The notes under the pieces are model-generated. The model worked only from the letters and a program-made list of their open reading frames with translations, did no database searches and was not told the DNA's origin. Below, in pieces: positions 1 to 11,094 of a DNA stretch of 64,000 nt. The translations under genes were made by a program, and so were the position numbers. Source of the DNA: Trichosphaerium sp. ATCC 40318 (Eukaryota; Protista; Tubulinea); the NCBI GenBank assembly GCA_038496445.1, contig JALMLS010000478.1, positions 62,001 through 126,000 on the forward strand. Direction: 5' to 3'. Numbering within the stretch: position 1 is the first letter of the stretch; each line of letters begins with the position of its first letter.

Positions 1-950
1 AGCAAGTCTCTTATACCTTTCTTCTTTGCCATTTTATGTACACTATTAAGAGACAGCTATATACACGTGAATTACAGACATGTAATTGCAGTATTCATAG
101 AATATGAATCCTTTTTTGTGAAGCATCGCACAAAAGAAATAACAGAAATAGGCAAATTGTGCGTACCCTGTCCATCCATTCCATTACAATACACAAGTAA
201 TCATCCCTTATATGGCTATCAACATAATTAATAATATTTGGATGCTCGGAGCACTGCTTCATAAGCGCTATTTCTGTGGCCATGTGCCTGTAGAAAGCAG
301 TCAGAACAAGAAAATCAACAAAAAAAAAAATAAAAGAGGGAATAACTTCCAAAATCCACTTTGAAGCCCAAGCAACTTTAAAAAATCCGCGATTTTGATA
401 GGTTTGGCTTTTTGAGTTTTGTCTTTTTTTGTTGTAATGTAATCTCCTTTAAAACGCACCGTTCATCTTGAATTAAACCACCCTCGCTCATTCGGATTGG
501 TATGACTTTGATAGCAACCTTGTCACCCGTGTTTAGATCATTTGCGAGCTCGATTACATGTCCAGCGCTGCCAACAGCTATAATCCGATCTTTGACGTAT
601 CGCCTTGGATCAGTACGACCAATTACATCCTAATAACATTGTTTCGTTATTTTTTTTTGTAGTTGTGGGTGTTTTTTTTGGTTTTGTCATTCAAGGTTTC
701 GTATCGTTTTAAAGCACGTGGCAGGAACGTTGAATGTCGATTATAATATATATAGTTAAAATATGAGTTAATTACCTGTAATTTATGCTCAACTATTTTA
801 GTAGCAGAGTTTCGCGGCCTGTGTGAACGGGGTTAGGATAAATTGTTGGAGTCTTGATAAAAATCACGTTTTTATTTTTCAAAAACGCATTAACCGCTTT
901 GCGCACATTCTTCCAGTTCCATTAGATCCGTTTGCGGGGTGTTCTGCCAT
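1..950 (-). CDS. PAK/STE20-like Ser/Thr protein kinase, 5' part (multi-exon, runs off window start)
   Basis: Spliced exons read MAEHPANG...DVIGRTDPRRY..IAVGSAGHV...GDKVAIKVI..TEIALMKQCSEHPNIINYVDSH..YLCIVMEWMD: kinase subdomains I-V in PAK-like form, GT-AG introns. Confidence 0.8.
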
Positions 951-1506
951 AAGACTACTACAATAACTCTACAATAGATTTAGGTGTATGGTGGCAGATC
1001 ATTTGCCTAAAGCCTCAAACTTGACTACTCACTGTGAAGGCAAGTCCAACACTTTCTTGTGAGGTTTATTCCAATGGTCAAAACTTGAACAAGAATCATC
1101 AAAAAAAAATGCTCGTTTCCTTCTCATTGTTTTGGTCTGTTTATCAATGGATCATGATATATTATCGCTTCATGTTGTCGTATGTGGTTCCGTTGATGAT
1201 TTGGTTTATACCGGGCTAGGTGTCACATTTCCTTTCAGCCGACAAGTGCGTTTAGCCACACAAATCTAGGCGTGTTGCATTACTTTACTTGCTTTTGTCT
1301 CCTTGCTTGTGTCCAGTAGGCAGTGTACTCACACAGTGAGATATTGTTGGCGCCTACATTGGAAGCGTCGGTCACCCAAAGGGAATTGTGGCTCCTAGAA
1401 AGTTCTCAAAAGTTTGAACGAAATCAACGACAATGAAAACCGAAAAAAGTCGTTTACAGTCACGTGCCTACGAAAATTGTTGTTTCAGAAAGATACAGAG
1501 AGCGGC

Positions 1507-2366
1507 ATGCTGCGGTTTACTTTCCTCCTGCTTGGTATTTGCTTTTATTCCACCTGTTATGCGCAACATTTACGAATAGTAAATGCCATACCTTCATCGT
1601 CGGCAATTGACGTTTACGGTCGTGGAGAGTTGGTACGTAAAATAAAAACCGCGTGGCAAAGTGTAGATCATTTTTAACTAATACTCAACTGAATAGCAAT
1701 TTAAAAGCGTGCCATATGGAGATGTGACCTTCTATGGCCGTGTACTAGAAGGAGAGTATGATTTTGAAATCAGGGATTCAGCAACAAACCAAAACCTCAC
1801 AACTGGAAAGTACGTATACAAAGGGAAACATTGTTACACGTGCTAATGGATTTGAAGGTTTATTATGGAAGATAACACCTATTATTCGCTTTATGCATAC
1901 AATACATACCCTTCTGCAGCTTTATCACTGATAAACGATCCTTACTTCGTACCCAATAGGGTTAGCCTTTTTATTTAGAAAAGTCGTTGTAACTTATTTT
2001 GGCGAAATAGCATTATGGTGCAGTTCGCGTTGTGAATCTGTGCCCAGATTGCAGTTCCCTCGATATCGCATACAAAGGATCGTATTTTCATAAATCCCTT
2101 GGATTCAAGCAAGTCTTGGGCTACTCTCAAATACAAGCACCAACCCCTAATGATCTTGTCTTTTATCTCGGAGGCACAAACGTTGAAGTTTTGAGAGTGC
2201 GTTTTCTACCTTTTGGGTTTTTCATCGTATATTTTTGGGACTCATCACGTGATAGGTTTCATTGAGATTCTTGAGCGAACAGAAAATAATGACAATATGG
2301 GTTGAAGGTTTCTTAGACGCAAGTAAGAATAAACCAGTGAGTGGTGTTACATCATACGATACTTGA
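1507..2366 (+). CDS. Secreted DUF4397-like protein (5 exons)
   Basis: Signal peptide MLRFTFLLLGICFYSTCYA, then LRIVNAIPSSSAIDVY and a second AVRVVNLCPDCSSLDI motif typical of tandem DUF4397 halves; stop at 2364-2366. Confidence 0.65.
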
Positions 2367-3233
2367 ATAAACTGCTTGCTCAATAAAGTTATTATAATAA
2401 CGCAAAATTTCCACGAGTCTTACCTTGAAATAGCACGTGCTGTAAACGTACCAGTTGAGTGCTTCATATTTAATTGATGAGTACGCTATTGTAGCCTGTG
2501 GCTAATGTTAAGTAATGAAAAAGTTGTTCCAACTGCAAGCTTGCAAAGGAAGCGCAGTAAATTACCGTGAGTTGTTTAGTATTAGGCCAAAAAAAGGTAC
2601 TAGAGTAGCATTTAGTTAAACCGCTATAAAAGAAGCAAAATATTCAATTCGAACCAAACGAAGGAAGAACTATAGTACAAACAACGATTCCTTCAGGTTG
2701 CTACTTGAAACCAGGTATGCTATAATACCCTTATCTGTTTTGTATGTCTCATAAAGAATTCCTGTATGTACTCTAGCAAGTGCCTTTACAGTAAGTCTTG
2801 CAATATCCATCACTTTGTACACCACAAATGACCAGTATGAAAACCACAAATGAAAGTTTGAAAGCTCTTGATATCTCTCAAGAACTATTCAAACACTTTG
2901 CCTATATGGATCAGTAAGGAATTCTTGAGAGTTTTGTCGGAGTGATTCTCTACACTGTGATTTCCAAAATAAAACGTGAAACATTGTTTTTTATTAATAG
3001 CTATACTTGTGCTGGTTCTCAATTAGATAGTTTTTAGATGAATACATAGCGCACAAGTACTGCAAAACTTTATTTCGCTTTTAACAGGATTTACAAGTGC
3101 CCATGGATATAATATTGATACAAACTATGTACCAAACCTGTTTTCCCGTTAGTTGTGATTTGGACAATGCCAAACCAAATTATAAATACGTGATATGATT
3201 AGTGTCATTAGTGGCGTTGTTTCATTACATTCG

Positions 3234-3311
3234 AAACAAACAACTGAGAACAGATCACACTTGATTTGGAATTATTTTTTTAAAACTGTTTTAGGTCATC
3301 AATCACGTGCG
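3234..3311 (+). promoter_or_regulatory. Conserved upstream block of the beta-helix receptor family (AAACAAACAxTGAGAACAGATCACACTT...CACGTGCG)
   Basis: Near-identical block about 50-150 bp upstream of the ATG of all six family copies; includes a CACGTG palindrome. Confidence 0.5.
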
Positions 3312-3357
3312 TGAAGAGCCAAATGAATGTCGTTATTGTAACCATTTGCTTTAGAAA

Positions 3358-5674
3358 ATGAATTCGCTCTACTTCTGCGCTATATTGTTGATTTTCGCAT
3401 TTGTCGCTATGGATCATGGTAAAACAGGTACGAAGAGTAGTACAAGCGCTTTATGATTAACAGTAGTCTTGTTTTAGTCATAACTTCAAGTGAACACGTT
3501 TGTGGCAATAATATTAGTTGTTATCTGCTAGAAGAACCTACAGAGCTTATTCTCAATTCAACAAACTTGATTTTGGGTAACTTTAGTGGCTTTGAAGTTA
3601 CAAAAAGTGTTGACATTTATGGTAAGTTGGTAGTTCTCAGTCAGTTGTAACTAAGTGCGTTTAGGATTGTATAATGTAAATGTCTCTTGCAATGGAACAC
3701 AGCGAGTGTACTCAGTATTCAATAATGTGAGTATCTCGATGTCTGGATTTACAATTCGAGATTGTAATGTCAGAGTCAAAGTTTATTCGAATGTTACCAT
3801 TACGTACTTGGAGCAAGGCAACCCTAAAATCAATGTTAATATTCACTTTAGAAACATGACGTTTACTGGACATAATGCGGGCTTATTTGTTAGCTGCAGG
3901 TACAATATTATTTAAGTGATTCCTTACAACTGTACAGTGCTGTGGCGACTCTAAAACAAGTGATATTTAGAGATATTATTGTTCGGGCCTCATTTTCGGA
4001 TGTGCTGGTTATTGCTGAAACAGAAACAGCTTATTTGCAAGATTGTATTTTTTCACATATCACCCACACCTACAGTGCACAAGGTACCAAAGAATAATCG
4101 TATTTTAACTTTTTTTCATAATATCACAAAGCTTTGATTGGGATTGTAAGAGTGACAACTGTACGCGAGTTTTTTTATTTTTAGTCTCATTTTTATGAGT
4201 AGGCTGTAATCAAGTATTGTTTGGTTGAGGACAATAATTTGATCAATGCTCCTATCGTATACTTATTACATACAAATGAAACAGAAATATCAAACTCTTA
4301 TTTTGTGAGAAACAGGAACACAGTGCTATTTGACGACAGATGCAGTGGTACTATTTATACTTTCCGTTCAATTATGAGTAATAACACTCTTTGGAATAGA
4401 GTCTGTGGATGTGAACCACAATAGTAGGTTGCTTGTAGATTCTTGTGTGTTTGAGGATAATACTTGCACATACCCTCACTCGTCAGTTCTTTGTAAAAGT
4501 ATCTTGCCACTTACAATACTTGTTTAGAAAAACAAATACTTCAGCAACTCTAAGCTCTCCTTCATTTGTTGGGTTTAAAAGCAACATTACAATAAGGTGA
4601 AGAATATTCTATTAACTAGTGAAGTGCTTATCTTTGTGTAGAAATACAAGATTTACTGATGCCAATAACGGTAATCATAAGTACCAAATAGTTTTAATCC
4701 CAAGTAGAACCAAATACAATATTACTATTTTCCTGTACCTCAATATTGTCCTCTGACGCGATACCAAATAACTTCACTTGCAAATGTTACAGTACTACAT
4801 TCTTTGAAGAGTGCAACACAACCGGTAACAGTATTCATACTCAACTCCATTTTCTGACAATATTTAATAGTCACATGCAACAACGAACAGTACTGTGGTA
4901 AGACGTTTACAAAGAGCAACTAAAGGATCATTTATTCTCTTACATTTTAATTTCTAGTAATTCCAACAGTTGAGCCAACGGTGCCACCAACAATCGCACC
5001 TACAGCTGGAACTCTACCAAATGAAATTGTGTTATCTGGTCCTTTGATAATAGGTGGTGATTTGGTCCTCTCAGGGACAGCTACAATTACTCCAGGAGGC
5101 TTTCTTGAAGTTCAAGGTAACACGTGATTTAGTTTTGATATTTTATCTCATTGAGTCATCCTTGATCTCATCAAGTGTAGGATCTATTGTGATACCACCA
5201 AACACAACATTCATCATTGATTTCACTGGGTATAATGATACAATAATTGATGACACAAGAATAGAAGTGATGAGAAGTAACAATGGCACAATAACCGGTA
5301 ATGTTACACTTGCTCCGCCCCCACAAAAGACGTGTTTAAGTGCATCACTTGATAGAACTCTCTCATCGTATGTCTATGTCTACTTTTGAGTCATCTAAAT
5401 GACCCTGATTTTGATTTTAGGATATTTGTAATTGCATCAAGACCTGACAGGTGTGACATAACAGAAACAGTGAACGTTGGCATGGTGCTTGGTATAACTT
5501 TTGGTGTTCTTGTATTGGTATGTTGTATTTGGGTCCAGCGTGTTAGCAACTCTGACTTGGTAGTAGGTAATTGTTGGCCTTGTTGTCATCTTCTTTGTTC
5601 CAGAGTTGAGACGTGCGATTGTACCACACCCATTACGTAAAAACACACTAAAAGTTACTTCTGTCAAAGAATAA
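3358..5674 (+). CDS. Variable beta-helix type-I membrane protein, copy 1
   Basis: Signal peptide MNSLYFCAILLIFAFVA; repeated coils ISMSGFTIRDC / VTITNMTFTG / AYLQDCIFS / EISNSYFVRN / LVDSCVFEDN; Cys-rich exons; PTVEPTVPPT stalk; TM VGMVLGITFGVLVL..; short basic tail; many short introns. Confidence 0.8.
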
Positions 5675-6051
5675 TTGTACTTTTTCAATAAACAGCTACT
5701 TCATTTGTTGTCAAAAAAACCCAAAGATATTTCTCCAGGAAAGTCGTCTTGTCACATATCACGTATAATTAGTCTTCAAAAAATTATTAAAAGTATGAAA
5801 TTTCGTTTAGTGTTTGAGCAAATTTCCCTGTTTTTAGCTAGTCTATCAGCCAGTATGTTCGGTCAAAAACAGAGTCATCAAATGGGTTCGGAAGCCTTAA
5901 GGAATCGCCGTACTCTAAGATTTTACAATATGATATTGACACGTTGTAGTTCAACAAACTGCCACGCAACAAGTTGTGTTGTTCAATGAATAAGACATTG
6001 TTCTCTCACTTGTGACGCATCATACTATTTTCAGAAACAACTACATACGCA

Positions 6052-7014
6052 ATGGCTCTAATATTACAAGACGATATAGTATTTGAGGTATCTCAGTATC
6101 TCCCACTACCCTCAATTGTAGCTTTGCGTTCTGTGACGAAGAATACAAGAAGCCTCCCATACATGGTAAAAGACATGTCAGGACAAGTAAAATACGAAAG
6201 TAAAGTGTATAGCAAGCCAACAGATGTACTACAAATTCTAAAAAAAGCTCCATTAAGAGACTTAATTATAAACTGGACAGTAGATGCTGAAACTCTTATT
6301 GATGCTATAAAAAGTTGCTCCAAGACACTAAGAAATGTTGTTATCGATGCTAGTATTGGTAAAGCAAACACTATAAATGACATTGTTGACGTTCTTTCTT
6401 GTTGTACTCAACTACAATCTGTGACTTTGTGTACTATCCCAGAAGATTGCTCATCACTTAAGAATATCAAAACAGAAAGTTTGACATTATATACAGATCC
6501 AAGTGTTGAAGAACTCATCGATATCTCTCCTCATTTTGGAGAGTTACGTTTAAAAGATTGCTCTCAAAATTATACAGATGGATCAATATATTGTGTGGGA
6601 GTTGATGAAGAAGAAGGTGTCGATGCATATTGCGTTATAACACAATCAACATGTGGTGACTTAACATGTCATTGTGGTGGTTTTTATGCAAGGAAAATGT
6701 TCCCAAATGGTCGCACAGACTGGGAACCAGAACATGGACAAAGATGGTCACTTAACTCTCGTGTTGTTGAACTATATGATCAACTATCTACAACTCAATA
6801 TGTTGGCTTAGACATCAAAGGAGAAGAACATGATGTTCAAATTGTTCAATTAGATGCTGTTTTTGATACTGACGATGACATACAACAAACCATTGCTGAT
6901 AAATTTGATAAAGGCGAAATTGTTCATGTGGTCGTTTGGGAGTTTGTTATGGATTCTGGTTCATCGTTTAAAAATGTAATTAAAATGATCTGTGAGCCAT
7001 CATATTGGCAATAA
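6052..7014 (+). CDS. Intronless F-box-like protein with LRR-like middle region
   Basis: 320-aa ORF; N-terminus LQDDIVFEVSQYLPLPSIVALRSVTK fits F-box consensus; CSKTLRNVVI and CTQLQSVTL resemble LRR-like units. Confidence 0.65.
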   Translation: MALILQDDIVFEVSQYLPLPSIVALRSVTKNTRSLPYMVKDMSGQVKYESKVYSKPTDVLQILKKAPLRDLIINWTVDAETLIDAIKSCSKTLRNVVIDASIGKANTINDIVDVLSCCTQLQSVTLCTIPEDCSSLKNIKTESLTLYTDPSVEELIDISPHFGELRLKDCSQNYTDGSIYCVGVDEEEGVDAYCVITQSTCGDLTCHCGGFYARKMFPNGRTDWEPEHGQRWSLNSRVVELYDQLSTTQYVGLDIKGEEHDVQIVQLDAVFDTDDDIQQTIADKFDKGEIVHVVVWEFVMDSGSSFKNVIKMICEPSYWQ

Positions 7015-7394
7015 ATTCGACAACACTTACTGTAGATTTTGTATTCTTTTTGCTCACATCAGGTGCAACAACGACTCATTTGTACATAGTAATACGTTTA
7101 TAACAACTTTAAAGACCGCTGACAGAATTGCTTTATGTACTCAGATTCGATTTCAGTCAACAATTCAATATCCAAGAAATGAGAAAACCTATTTGCACAT
7201 TAATTTCAAAATGGAGTTAAGCAGTAAACCAGTGAATATCTGCGAACCAGTAACTTCAATTAGGGAATATCGCCAATATTGTCAATTCCCTACCAGTGTT
7301 TTGTGGTTCACTATGAATTCATGTTATAGATTCACTTAATAGCGGGCAAATTAGCAGGTTTTCAGCATTAGTACACAAACTCTCTAAGCAACAA

Positions 7395-8586
7395 ATGAGC
7401 ACAAATACATTGAAACTATACAACGCCGACCACTGTCCTTTCGCGCAGCGGGTACTAACGCCGTCTTTTGTACTGCTTCGTTAAATTGACCTAATTCAGG
7501 CTTGGATCGCTGCCATTGAGCTTGGCATACCTTTTAAAACTCAGCATGTTAACTTTTTTGATAAAGAGCGTCTAGATACAAAAGAGTTCTTAGAAGAATC
7601 ACCAAATGGCACTGTACGAATATTAGACTCCATTTTCAACAACAATATCAAAAAACTTGTATTTTATTCCCTTACGTAAGCCTAAACGCAAAACACGTAT
7701 GTCATTCTGATGATGCGTTAGGTGCCAGCTGGTGTGTACAAGGGCGATAAAGTGTACAACTCTTTGAACATGATAGAATACCTTCAAAACGCATTTGAAG
7801 GAGACGTAAAGCTCTTCCCTCAAGACCCATATGAGGCTTTTAAAGCACGTGCGCTCATTGAAAAGCATAGTAAATATGTCAACATTATACCAATTCTTGA
7901 TGGCTCAGGTAAGATGTGATGATGATTATCTTGTTCCTTTGCTTTGTTCTGACACTATCTTGCTTTAATTTAGGGTAACGATATTCTTGCTAAGAGGAAC
8001 GCTTTTATCGAGGCCTTAAAGGCTATGAATGAAGACATTGTTGGTCCATACTTTATGGTTAAAGATTTTACGATTGTTGATGTTGTACGTGGTTTTTTTT
8101 TCAGTTTTCTTCTTGTTAACTCCTTTATCTGACTAGGCTTTCATTCCATTCTTTGAGTGTGCTGAGCTTTTATTACCTCACTATAAGAAATTTAACACCC
8201 CAGAGGATCTAACCACACTGTTAAAATGGGGTGAAACTGTGAAACAACGTCAATCTTTCAAGGTAAAAAAAAATCTGACTTGGTTTTTTCCTCTTTGGCA
8301 TTTTAGTCCTTTTGTTTATCATGCTCACCTAAAATTCTCCAGATTTCATCGGCTGATAGAGTAAAAGAGAGTTTAGAGACTCAACCAAAAGACTGGGAAC
8401 ACTTAATAGAGAGGAAGGAGTACCTGATTACAGTGTACCATACGAATTTTGAATCACATAGAAAACGATTGACTTATTGTTTATAATAGATATACTGGGT
8501 ATGCAGCAGGTTACGGTTCCAGTAAATTTAAGAAGGAATATCAAAAACGCATGAACGATAAACGTGCAAAAGCCGTAAAAAAGTGA
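7395..8586 (+). CDS. Glutathione S-transferase, omega/lambda-like (multi-exon)
   Basis: LKLYNADHCPFAQRAWIAA active-site motif, SPNGTVP, NSLNMIEYL, and GPYFMVKDFTIVDV in the C-terminal domain. Confidence 0.85.
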
Positions 8587-8931
8587 TTATGTATACACAT
8601 CACGAGGTTGAGTGGCTAGCATAAACCGTATTGACTTATGTTTTTCGGATTGTTGTAAACTTAGTACTTTGTTGTTCTAATGAATAAAGATATCGATTGA
8701 CTTACTCTTTAATATAGTTATTGCAACTTTATATATATATATTGAATAATTATAGAATGGTGATAGGGCGTTCAATAGACTTTTTGAAAAAAAACTTGAA
8801 GTTTTTTTGTTTTGGCTTAATCTACAACTCAGTAAAGTCTAGTTCTTCAGGATAAACATCAAACTCATCAATCTCAACAATAAGGTGAGAAGGTACATCA
8901 ATTATAATATCACAATCCAAAGGGCTATACA

Positions 8932-9579
8932 TTAACTCCTTAACTTTCCTGATTTTCCTGCAAATATTGTTCTAGTCATCTTAAATCCTTTTCCAGACTC
9001 TGCATCAAGAACACTTTGTCTAGTGTTTGTAACTCCAGCCTTGAACAAACAAAGTGTAGATCGTTCCATTACTTCATGTATTGTTTCACCACTGCTGTAT
9101 ACCTCCAATCCATTCTCAAATACTCTTACAATCTCATAACAAAGTAAGAAGTTTCTCCAAGTTCCATTTTTTTTAAGGTTGGAGTCAAATCGTGTTGAAG
9201 TTGCTGTGTGCCAACATAAAAGAGGCCAAACAGTAAACACATCAACGCATGATTCATAAATCATGTATTTTAATTCAATAGGTAATTGTAGGAGCAAACA
9301 GGTCCCATCGTTTGGAGGAAGAAGAGTATTTCGCTTGTAGTCTTCAAAACTGGTTATAGTTGGTGGAAGGCTGTTGTACCATATCGTCCAAGAGCACGAA
9401 ACTGGAAAAAGGTGGGAGTATGATGATTTTTGCTTTAGCGGGTTGAAATGGTTGGAATCAGAGCCTAGCTCAATGCAGTAGTTAAGAATTCGTAAATAGA
9501 CACTATTTGGTCTCCAGACTGCTAATGCTGCCGAAGGTTTGCGCTTTGCAGACGCCAATTCGCGCCCTCGTGTAGCCAT
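8932..9579 (-). CDS. F-box-like protein (possibly frameshifted at 3' end)
   Basis: LLQLPIELKYMIYE..WPLL..TATSTRFDSNLKKNGTW, closely similar to the N-terminus of the F-box/MORN gene at 55.9 kb; coding-like sequence continues in other frames to about 8822. Confidence 0.55.
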   Translation of the reverse strand: MATRGRELASAKRKPSAALAVWRPNSVYLRILNYCIELGSDSNHFNPLKQKSSYSHLFPVSCSWTIWYNSLPPTITSFEDYKRNTLLPPNDGTCLLLQLPIELKYMIYESCVDVFTVWPLLCWHTATSTRFDSNLKKNGTWRNFLLCYEIVRVFENGLEVYSSGETIHEVMERSTLCLFKAGVTNTRQSVLDAESGKGFKMTRTIFAGKSGKLRS

Positions 9580-10529
9580 TGCGATTTCTAATGTCGCCGT
9601 TGAAAATAGTCTAACTTAAAACTGTAGCGACTAAGCAATAAGCCGAAGATTTTTGACAAAAAATCAATGATGATGCAAAGTCTGCCAGACAGTTTACAAC
9701 ATCATTTTTTTTAATACTACTTCAATTTGACAGTCATCTTGAACACTGACGTGCGGTTTGGTCAATGGGAACCTCAGCCGTGGTACTCCTTCTCGTATTC
9801 GGGGAAAATCTTGAACCCAAATTCCCTATTCGTTTTAATCAAATACACGTGATATAACACTCATTACGTCTTTGTCTTTCCTTCGTAGTCGCTAATACCA
9901 GGTTAGCGGTAGATACAACTACATGCAGGTTATGTGAGTAACCTACAATATCTTGTTACTTGAGGCGGATGTAAAGTAAATCTCGATTGACATGTGTCAT
10001 TGTCACCTTCTTTTCCAGTTTCTTGTTTATAATCTGTAATGACCTCGCAATAGCTTTGGGTCCTCTTTGTCAGCTGATACATCTGCATACAGTGGCGCAT
10101 CATTACTAAGCTGTTGCTTCTTCGTAGGAGTTCCATTTCTTGTTTTCTATCCTCGTTTCCTTGAACCACTAACTAGTATCGGTAAACGAAATAAATCTCG
10201 CGTTCAGGATTTGATAACACCGAAACTAATGTCAAAGAAGTCAGACAGAACCCAGGTTCGACTTTGCATAATAAAGAGACAAAGGTTGCTAAAGCGAATT
10301 TATTTGTTATTTATTCTATGGAATGCTTTCTTCAGCAAAAAAAGAGAGGTCTTCATTTTTTTGTTTTGTTTTTTTTTTGTAATATCATAGGGATCAGTTC
10401 GGAAAGGTTGATTGTTATATAAGGGAGGGGAACTCTTCTTTTTTGTACAAGGAAACCAATTTTATGCATCACCAATAAGTCAAGGACACATAAGAAAAAA
10501 AGGTTTTTTTTTTTTGTTTTTCAAGTTGA

Positions 10530-11060
10530 CTAGAGGAAACCAAGCCACAAGCCGCAATCAAAAATAAGTAATTTAAATTGGCACCACGCAAGCACACGAG
10601 ATGTTCGAAAATCGGGGGGTATTGGGTTCAGCCTCTGCCGAAACCCAAGAGGGTGGAAGCCGCCCAAGGTCCACCAGGCGGTATGTCCAAAGTCTGCCGC
10701 TATACACAGTAAATTCTCCCAGCCGATTTTCGGTTGGTTGGTTGGATATATACAGCTAGAGAAGCCGTGCAAGCGGACAGGGTCTAAGGCTCTTTATACC
10801 AAAACCTGGGTCGTGATCTGAAAAAAACCGAAGTAATTCGTCACGTGGGACAAAAAGCAAGGGTAGGGCTTCCTCTTTATACAAAAAGGGGTGGTGATAT
10901 CGAAATGTCGTGGCTCGTGCATGGTGTTTGAATGGGGCGTAGGCGATTGGTTCATAGCCAAAACAAAAAAAAATTGGTTGGCGTACTCCGCCAGCGCCGT
11001 CGGCGGACTTTGGCCTAAAGTCCTTAGTGCACGACTTTGTGCGCAACGGAGCCACCGCTA
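10530..11060. other. GC-rich multi-hairpin non-coding element, candidate structured RNA
   Basis: Nested inverted repeats: CGAAAATCGG/CCGATTTTCG, TTGGGTT/AACCCAA, GGGTGG/CCGCCC, GGACTTT/AAAGTCC, TGGCG/CGCCA; no known family recognised. Confidence 0.3.
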
Positions 11061-11094
11061 TATACATGGGTTACGGGTCTCTAAAGGACTCGCT

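Noticed and set aside
3804-3851. Apparently invariant peptide YLEQGNPKINVNIHFR in the receptor ORFs, and an apparent frameshift in copy 6
   Set aside because: It is a 48-nt GT-AG intron read through by the ORF finder (46 nt in copy 6); splicing gives the regular coil NVTITNMTF
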